A DNA stretch of 40,857 nucleotides from an uncultured Acetobacteraceae bacterium (GTDB taxonomy: Bacteria; Pseudomonadota; Alphaproteobacteria; Acetobacterales; Acetobacteraceae). Positions within the stretch are counted from its first letter, which is position 1. Each line of letters opens with the position of its first letter. The notes below the pieces were generated by a model. The model was given only the letters and a program-made list of their open reading frames with translations. It did not search any database and was not told the DNA's origin. The position numbers and the translations under genes were made by a program. Below are positions 29,934 through 36,122 of the stretch, piece by piece. The stretch lies in contig CAXTDP010000001.1 in assembly GCA_964242295.1 (NCBI GenBank), positions 1-40,857 of the forward strand, given 5' to 3'.

Positions 29934-31070
29934 ATGCGGGTCGCGATGGTTGATCCATCGTTGTTCACCCTGCCGTATGATCGCGCCCTTGTCAGCGCGC
30001 TGGGCCGGGCTGGGCACGATGTGACTTTGTTTGGGCGCCGGCCGGGTCCGGACGACAACGGCGCCGAGGGGATCAGCTTGGCGCCGCATTTCTACCGCAT
30101 GGCAGATAGCCAGGCGGCCAGGCGTCTGCCGACTTCGGCCCGGCTAGGCCTAAAAGGCATTGATCACGCGGCTTCGATGCTGCTGCTCCTGCGCCGCCTG
30201 CATCGGGAGCGTCCGGACGTCATCCATTTCCAATGGCTCCCGCTACCGTTGGTGGATGGCCGGCTGCTGGGCCTGTTCCGGAAGGTCGCTCCACTGGTGC
30301 TGACGGTGCACGACACCAATCCGTTCAACGGCGATCCCTCGGCCAGCCTGCAGCAGCGTGGGTTCTTCCGCAGCCTCGATGAGTTTGACAGGCTGATCGT
30401 GCATACTGCACAAGGACGTGAACGGCTTTGCAGTGCCGGCGTTCCGGCGAATCGAGTTCTGGTGTTGCCACATGGGATGCTTCTGGACCCGCCTCCGTAT
30501 GCTGACGATCCCATGACGGGTTCGATGACGTTCCTGTTGTTCGGCAAGGTGAAGCCGTACAAGGGCCTCGACTTGCTGATTGAGGCATTTGCGACTTTGC
30601 CCCCCCTTTTGCGCGGAGATGCCAGGATATGGGTTGTCGGCAAGCCCTATATGGACCTGGCTCCCTTGCAGGCGTTGGCGGAGCGGCTGGGCATTGCAGA
30701 CCGTCTCGTCATTGAGCCGCGCTTCGTTGGTGACGATGAGGTGGCTGGCCTGTTCGCGCCCGGCACGGTGGCGGTGTTCCCTTATCGGGAGATCGAGGCG
30801 AGCGGCGTCCTGTCCATCGCGCTCGCCTGCGGTCGCCCGGTCATTGCGTCCAACTTGGGCAACTTCGCCGAGACCGTCACGGATGGCCTACAGGGCCACT
30901 TGGTGCCGCCGGGCGACGTTCCGGCCCTCGCTGCGGCGATGGCGCATATGCTGTCCGACCGTGACTTTGCCGCATCGTGCAGTCGGCAGGCGCGCGCCCT
31001 GGTTGATGCCGTGCCGACCTGGGACGGCATCGCGGCCCTGACTGCCGACGCCTACCGGTCGGCGGCATGA
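29934..31070 (+). CDS. GT-B (family 4-like) glycosyltransferase
   Basis: 378 aa. MRVAMVDPSLFTLPYDRAL and the C-terminal FPYREIEASGVLSIALACGRPVIASNLGNFAETV (E-x7-E-like) are typical of GT4. It starts 3 nt after the GT2 stop. Confidence 0.85.
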   Translation: MRVAMVDPSLFTLPYDRALVSALGRAGHDVTLFGRRPGPDDNGAEGISLAPHFYRMADSQAARRLPTSARLGLKGIDHAASMLLLLRRLHRERPDVIHFQWLPLPLVDGRLLGLFRKVAPLVLTVHDTNPFNGDPSASLQQRGFFRSLDEFDRLIVHTAQGRERLCSAGVPANRVLVLPHGMLLDPPPYADDPMTGSMTFLLFGKVKPYKGLDLLIEAFATLPPLLRGDARIWVVGKPYMDLAPLQALAERLGIADRLVIEPRFVGDDEVAGLFAPGTVAVFPYREIEASGVLSIALACGRPVIASNLGNFAETVTDGLQGHLVPPGDVPALAAAMAHMLSDRDFAASCSRQARALVDAVPTWDGIAALTADAYRSAA

Positions 31071-31102
31071 GCAGGGCGTCAGGGCGCGGGTCCGCTTTCA
31101 AG

Positions 31103-32332
31103 TCAAAGATTTGCCACCGACATCACCAGCAGAACCGGGAACAGCACCGGCGCGAACTGCTGATACCCGCCAGTGAACAGCAGCAGCACCAGGCCAGGCA
31201 GCACGACGGCGCGCTGGGTGACAGTTTTCCGCCCGACGGCAGGCACGGCGACATAGCCGATGAGCGCGGGAAAGCCGTAGTCAATCGTGATCTTCACCGG
31301 GGTGTTGACGGTGTAGTCGTAGGAACGGGTCATCCGCTCGCTGCCGCCGCTGCCAATGCCGAGCAGGGCGGCCGATGGCTCGGCAGTCAGAACGTCGTCC
31401 AGCAGCCAGAATGGCGTCACGAAGCGCAGGTGGCCGCTGGTGCCCGGCCGTACGATCTCGTCCAGGCGACCGCTGAACGACGCCGCGGCGTCGGGCGCCA
31501 GCACCAGGGCGCCGCCGGCGAGCAGCCCAACCAGTGCGACGGTCAGAATGGAAATGAGGATGCCGCGGCGCCCTATGCTGAATGCCGAGGAAACGACGAA
31601 GGCCGCCAGCACAATCCATCCCGTCCCAGCCATGGAGAGCATCATGCCAGCGGCGAACAAGGCCAGGATGCGGGTGCGCCGCAGCACCAGCAGTTCCAGG
31701 ATCAGGCCGAACGCCATGATCTGGGAGAATATGGACGGCTCCAGCAGGAAGAAACCGTTCGACTTCAAGGCGCTGCCGAAGCCGGCCGGGATCTGCAGGT
31801 TGTAGCCGTCCTCGAACAACAGGAATGCGGGAACGATGCCGCGGAAGCTGAACAGCCCCAATCCCACGAACTGCACGAAGAACTGTGCGATCCCGGCCAT
31901 CGCCACCAGGGACAGCACCGCCGTCACCCGGCGCATGAATTCGCGTTCCGGCACGGGTGTGACGAAGGACAGGGTAGCGAAACTGGTCAGGATCAGGAAC
32001 TGCAGCAGCGACGGCAGGCTGGTTGGGATTTGAAATCGGCCGGGCACGATCTGGCGGTAGGCCACTCCCAGCAGCGCCAGGGCGCACAGCAGCAGGAACA
32101 GCGGCAAGCGGATGCGGCTGAAGGTCAAGGTGCCGCGCAGTATCCCAACCGCCGCCAGTCCCAGCCCGACCGGCCCGACGATGTTGAACAGCTTGCCGCC
32201 GGCTGGCAGGCCGATGCGTTGCAGGAACATGGACGCCGCCATGACGAGGGTCACGAACACCAGCGCGTGCCGCACGTGGTCCACGGTGGGACGCCAGGCA
32301 GCCGCGTGCCCTGGCTGAACGAGGGTCGTCAT
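31103..32332 (-). CDS. Wzy-like polymerase / O-antigen-ligase family membrane protein
   Basis: 409 aa with ~10-11 hydrophobic helices. The central loop is LKSNGFFLLEPSIFSQ, and a later loop is GTSGHLRF. It lacks the exosortase Cys-Ser-Gly/Arg/His motifs. Confidence 0.7.
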   Translation of the reverse strand: MTTLVQPGHAAAWRPTVDHVRHALVFVTLVMAASMFLQRIGLPAGGKLFNIVGPVGLGLAAVGILRGTLTFSRIRLPLFLLLCALALLGVAYRQIVPGRFQIPTSLPSLLQFLILTSFATLSFVTPVPEREFMRRVTAVLSLVAMAGIAQFFVQFVGLGLFSFRGIVPAFLLFEDGYNLQIPAGFGSALKSNGFFLLEPSIFSQIMAFGLILELLVLRRTRILALFAAGMMLSMAGTGWIVLAAFVVSSAFSIGRRGILISILTVALVGLLAGGALVLAPDAAASFSGRLDEIVRPGTSGHLRFVTPFWLLDDVLTAEPSAALLGIGSGGSERMTRSYDYTVNTPVKITIDYGFPALIGYVAVPAVGRKTVTQRAVVLPGLVLLLFTGGYQQFAPVLFPVLLVMSVANL

Positions 32333-32353
32333 CTCGCTATGCCCCGCCCACGT

Positions 32354-32611
32354 TCAAGGCGATGTCGCCTTGACGGCTCGGCGGCACGACAGCGACAGGC
32401 TGGACTTGTAGGGCCGCAAGCAAATCGCCATCCCGCGCGGTTGCGGGGCGGCTTCATCCAGGCTTGGGCACAGACGCCGGGCTTCGGGCATGCAAGCCTT
32501 GGCAACTGCGGCGTATGCCCCGGTGCGACTTGCTGTCTGCGCCCGTGCCGTGCCAGCGAGCGGCAGCAGGGCGGCAAACCCGGCCAAAACGAGGCGTGGC
32601 AGATGTGGCAT
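32354..32611 (-). CDS. small secreted cysteine-rich-repeat protein
   Basis: 85 aa. AAGGA lies 9 nt before ATG 32611. The signal peptide is MPHLPRLVLAGFAALLPLAGTARAQ. Then comes CMPEARRLCPSL...AICLRPYKSSLSLSC, matching the C-x7-C...CL...LS-x2-C spacing of bacterial Cys-rich repeats. It ends 21 nt before the Wzy-like start. Confidence 0.55.
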   Translation of the reverse strand: MPHLPRLVLAGFAALLPLAGTARAQTASRTGAYAAVAKACMPEARRLCPSLDEAAPQPRGMAICLRPYKSSLSLSCRRAVKATSP

Positions 32612-32691
32612 ATGGGTGGTCCTTATTCAGCTTACCTGACTCTATACCTGTTTGGCCCGGTCCGCAGCCGCGTTATGGCGGGGATGACAGC

Positions 32692-33993
32692 ATGAGGCGG
32701 GCAGTGGCGACGGCTACGCTGGCTGGGCTGCTGGCGTTCCAAGGGCAAGCTGTACGGGCGCAACTGCTCGACCAGATCGTAAATCCCAACGTGTCCGGCG
32801 TGCGGGTGGAGCCTGGCGTAACTGTCCTGTCACGCCTGCGTCCCGATTACGATTATGGTGGCATACGGGTCGGCAGCGTTCTGATCCGCTCCGAGTATAC
32901 CGAGGCTGCCGGGTATGACGATAACGTAACCGGAACGTCTCAGGGCCGTGGCAGCTCGTTCGTGCAGTCACGCCTCAACCTCAGTGCCGCCACCGACCTG
33001 TCGCGCTATGGCGCAGCGGTCCGGCTGAACGTGAACGACAACCGCTACCTGGACCAGCCAAAGCAGTCTGCGACCGACTGGACCGCCTCGGCCGGGGGTT
33101 TTTACGAGCTTGGCCGCGACACCCTGTCGCTCGACTACTCGCACGCCAACCTGAACCAAACGCCGCGCGACCTGGACACTCCGCAACTGGACAAGACCAT
33201 TGCCTACCGGGTTGATACGGTGCAGGCGGGCTACCGGATCACCTTCAACCGGCTGTCACTGCGCCCGGTGCTCGCGGTGCAGCTCTACGACTTCGACGAC
33301 GGGACCATTGCCGGCCAGCCGTATCCGCAGCGGTTCCGCAACCGCACGATCGTGGCGCCCGCGCTGAATGCTTCCTATGAGTTTTCGCCGGGCCGGACGG
33401 CCGTTCTGGTCGTGCGCGGGTTGGACGCAACCTACACGAGCCGGCCAGCCGGCTCACCGGTACGGGACTTCACCGACGGCTCGGTGCTGGCGGGACTGGA
33501 CTTTGCCAGCGGCGGCCCATGGCGCTACCGACTGCTGGCGGGATACGAGGTCCGGAACTTCGTATCGTCCCGGGTCAAGAGCATCCAGGCGCCGATCGTC
33601 GAGGGCACGGTAATCTATACCCCGACCGGCCTGACGACGCTGACCGGCACCGTGGGCCGCCGCATCCAGGATTCGGCCGACGAAACCACCGTGGGCTACA
33701 CCGAAACGTCCGCGAGGTTCAGCGTGGACCACGAGTATTACCGCAACATCCTTTTGCGGGCGCAAGGCGGCGTGTTTCTCGACGAGTATAACGGCGGCGG
33801 CAACCAGAGCCTGCTAAGTGGCGGCGCCGGTGCGACCTGGCTGCTGAACCGCGCGTTGCGCTTGAGCGCGACCTATGACTTCACCACCCGGCTGTCCAGC
33901 GGCGGCGGCGTCGTCAGCTTGACGCCGACGCTGCGCAGCAGCACCGGCTACTCCGATAACCGCTATCTGCTGCAACTCGGCATCAGCCTATGA
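32692..33993 (+). CDS. outer-membrane beta-barrel protein of the EPS locus
   Basis: ATG 32692 gives the signal peptide MRRAVATATLAGLLAFQGQAVRAQ. The rest is 410 aa of alternating beta-strand-like sequence rich in Y/G/T/R (GYEVRNF, SATYDF, YLLQLGISL). There is an ATGA overlap with the exporter gene. Confidence 0.7.
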   Translation: MRRAVATATLAGLLAFQGQAVRAQLLDQIVNPNVSGVRVEPGVTVLSRLRPDYDYGGIRVGSVLIRSEYTEAAGYDDNVTGTSQGRGSSFVQSRLNLSAATDLSRYGAAVRLNVNDNRYLDQPKQSATDWTASAGGFYELGRDTLSLDYSHANLNQTPRDLDTPQLDKTIAYRVDTVQAGYRITFNRLSLRPVLAVQLYDFDDGTIAGQPYPQRFRNRTIVAPALNASYEFSPGRTAVLVVRGLDATYTSRPAGSPVRDFTDGSVLAGLDFASGGPWRYRLLAGYEVRNFVSSRVKSIQAPIVEGTVIYTPTGLTTLTGTVGRRIQDSADETTVGYTETSARFSVDHEYYRNILLRAQGGVFLDEYNGGGNQSLLSGGAGATWLLNRALRLSATYDFTTRLSSGGGVVSLTPTLRSSTGYSDNRYLLQLGISL

Positions 33994-34619
33994 GCGTCCA
34001 TTCCATCTTGCCCCGGAGAACAGCATCCATGCGCCTTGCCCCTGTCCGGCCCGCCAGACGGACTGCCCGTCAGGCCTTCCGCAGCTTGTGCTTGTGCATG
34101 GCCCTGGCCGCCTGCGCACCTGGCCGCAACCTGCCGCCAATCCCGGATTATCGTGCACAAAGCTATCACCTGGGCGGTGGCGACCAGATACGCATCATCA
34201 CCTTTGGCGAGGACCAGCTCACGGGTGAGTTCCGAGTGGATGACCAGGGCCGCATTGCCGTGCCGCTGCTGGGCGGCATCGTGGCCGCGGGCCTGAGTCC
34301 ACAGGAGCTTGAAACCTCGATGGCTCAGGCGCTCCGCAAGCGCAACCTGCTGCGCGACCCCAGTGTTTCAGTCGAGGTGCTGGCATACAGGCCTATCTTC
34401 GTGCTGGGCGAGGTTGCGAAGCCGGGCCAATATCCATACCAGCCCGGCATGACCGTGCTGACCGCCGTGGCAATCGCCGGTGGCTTCACCTATCGCGGGG
34501 TGCAGGACTATGTGTCCGTTATCCGGACAACCGGCGGCAACTCGATAGAGGGCAAGGCGGCACCGGGATCGTTCGTCGCTCCGGGTGACGTCGTCAAGAT
34601 ATTCGAACGGAGGTTCTGA
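33990..34619 (+). CDS. polysaccharide export protein (Wza/GumB/ExoF-like OPX lipoprotein)
   Basis: The lipobox-like segment is LCLCMALAAC. The Poly_export block is LGGGDQIRIITFGEDQLTGEFRVDDQGRIAVPLLGGIVAAGLSPQELE. An SLBB-like block follows: VLGEVAKPGQYPY. Confidence 0.85.
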   Translation: MSVHSILPRRTASMRLAPVRPARRTARQAFRSLCLCMALAACAPGRNLPPIPDYRAQSYHLGGGDQIRIITFGEDQLTGEFRVDDQGRIAVPLLGGIVAAGLSPQELETSMAQALRKRNLLRDPSVSVEVLAYRPIFVLGEVAKPGQYPYQPGMTVLTAVAIAGGFTYRGVQDYVSVIRTTGGNSIEGKAAPGSFVAPGDVVKIFERRF

Positions 34620-34796
34620 CCGGGGCATCCCAGGCACCGCTCAAGATGCTGGCCGGGACTACGGGCACCAGCACTGGCTTTGCGTCCGGTTTGTCGCTGC
34701 CACTCCTGGCGAAGCGCCCTATAGCCTAATGTTGCGTTGGGAGCAGGGATGTGAACACCGGCGATATGGCGGCGGACCGCATCGCACCGTCCGTTA

Positions 34797-34817
34797 AGGC
34801 GGCCCGGGCGGCCGCTT
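34797..34817 (+). terminator. GC-rich hairpin downstream of the exporter operon
   Basis: GCGGCC-CGGGC-GGCCGC (34799-34815) is followed by TTGAGTGGGCTT. It lies 180 nt after the stop at 34619. The U-tract is weak. Confidence 0.3.
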
Positions 34818-35085
34818 GAGTGGGCTTATGCATCACTAGGGCCGGCATCGGGTGGTTGACGCGAATTGCGGTGCGGAAAAGCTCGTCTGGACGGACATTG
34901 GCTGCAGCACTGCCTAAACCGGCGATTAACGTTTCGCGAAAACATTGGGTCTAGCGGTGTTAGCGCACCAGTTTATGAAATACCGGACTCGTTTTGTACG
35001 CGGTCCTACTTTCAAGTGCCCAGTATCCAGCAACATCCGTGGCCGACATTGTGCTGCAAAGCACCAGTGTACGTGACAACCTGAA

Positions 35086-35109
35086 ACGCCAAACACCCGC
35101 GTTTGGCGT
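35086..35109 (-). terminator. perfect hairpin just downstream of the small minus-strand ORF
   Basis: ACGCCAAAC-ACCCGC-GTTTGGCGT gives a 9-bp stem. On the minus strand it begins 20 nt after the TAA at 35132..35130 and is followed by TTCAGGTTG. Confidence 0.35.
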
Positions 35110-35129
35110 CGGGTCGGTAAGCCCAGCCG

Positions 35130-35327
35130 TTACAGCAACAGCCATTTAAGAAGCACGGCCCCGAGCAAGGCCCAAAACACCAGAGCGAGCTTGAGCGCGT
35201 AGATGATGCCCCGTGCAGGACGCAACACGTCCTGCGACGGAGCCGTGAAGCCGGACATTTCAGCCCGTACTCTAGGCAAAAGCTTGGCCACAGCGCTCAC
35301 CGTTGACATTTTAATTGTAGCCTGCAT
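35130..35327 (-). CDS. possible small tail-anchored membrane protein (hypothetical)
   Basis: 65 aa from ATG 35327: MQATIKMSTVSAVAKLLPRVRAEMSGFTAPSQDVLRPARGIIYALKLALVFWALLGAVLLKWLLL. It has a single C-terminal TM and sits in a lower-G+C islet. The Shine-Dalgarno is weak and no family was recognised. Confidence 0.3.
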   Translation of the reverse strand: MQATIKMSTVSAVAKLLPRVRAEMSGFTAPSQDVLRPARGIIYALKLALVFWALLGAVLLKWLLL

Positions 35328-35428
35328 GGTCCAGCTTTCACATTTGCTAATACACGTCGCGTAGCCGCAGCATGACACATTGGGTGACCTATGTAACGCC
35401 GCCGTCACCGATAACAGTCAAAATTCGT

Positions 35429-35443
35429 TGCTGCATTGCAGCA
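35429..35443. promoter_or_regulatory. 15-nt perfect palindrome, candidate operator
   Basis: TGCTGCA-T-TGCAGCA. Near-copies are at 22951-22962 (TGCTGCAATGCA) and 35052-35063 (TGCTGCAAAGCA). All three lie in lower-G+C intergenic DNA of the EPS island. Confidence 0.3.
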
Positions 35444-36063
35444 CCGTATTGGTTAATAAAGAGTTATGCACGCGGAGCGGTCCATTTTCTTAAGGGCCAT
35501 ACTTGGGGTCGGGGCGCAGTTCGTTGTAAAGATTACCTAATGCTTTCCGCGATATGCTGAGGCAGCGTAATCCCGCACTCCCGTCGCACGGCCGCGGAGG
35601 TGCTGCCCAACCGCAGGACTTCGGCAGCCTGATAATCAGGGACGGTAACTCAGGTCCATCCTGAGGCGGGCGCAACGCCTTGCGACGGCAAATGACAACC
35701 TGTCGGGTTTATGAACGACCGCTCCCTCCGACGATTGGCTGATGATGCAGCAAGTCCCAGCCAGCAATCCGGCAAGACTCATCGGCCCAGGGCCGCGTGC
35801 CTGAACAGGCCGTGCAGCAGCAGGGAATGCCGCGCAATAGGGGCCGGGCCGTTTGCCCGGCTCATCGGGCAAGCCGAGCGTGTAGCAGTGAGGACTTCCT
35901 AGAAGCAAAGGCGCCTTTTATTGGTACATAAACGATACGAAACCGCAGTAGATTGCTGGCTGGTGAATCAATTCGTTCCATTATTGAGAATGCGTAAAAC
36001 TGTTCTGATCTACAATAGCTATCTTGTCCTAACTTCCAACTATAGTTAGGTCCGTCGTAGTTA

Positions 36064-36101
36064 AACTTGAATTCGACGCGGGCCAACCGCGAGTTCAAGT
36101 T
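36064..36101 (+). promoter_or_regulatory. extended hairpin in the 5' leader of the GH26-like gene
   Basis: AACTTGAA(TTCG..)...(..CGAG)TTCAAGTT gives an 8-bp perfect outer stem plus partial inner pairing. It ends 21 nt before ATG 36123. A second hairpin, CCTAACT-N9-AGTTAGG (36028-36050), precedes it. Both lie in a markedly A+T-rich ~250-nt stretch. Confidence 0.4.
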
Positions 36102-36122
36102 CAACAAGCGAGGCCTCACCCC

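Noticed and set aside
31103-32332. Possibility that the 409-aa membrane protein is the missing exosortase
   Set aside because: It has only one Cys, buried in a TM helix (LLLCALALL), and no CSG-type active-site motif. Its length and loop pattern (KSNGFFLLEPS, GTSGHLRF) fit Wzy/O-antigen-ligase-like proteins better.
31067-32695. 542-aa plus-strand ORF opposite the Wzy-like gene
   Set aside because: It has a Gln/Arg/His/Gly/Glu-rich low-complexity translation. The minus strand encodes a coherent multi-TM protein plus a signal-peptide ORF.
35527-35640. Minus-strand stretch reading DYQAAEVLRLGSTSAAVRRECGITLPQHIAESIR, vaguely like a helix-turn-helix tail of a regulator or transposase
   Set aside because: It is only ~38 codons between stops and has no start codon. 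The similarity is impressionistic, so at best it is an unassignable relic.
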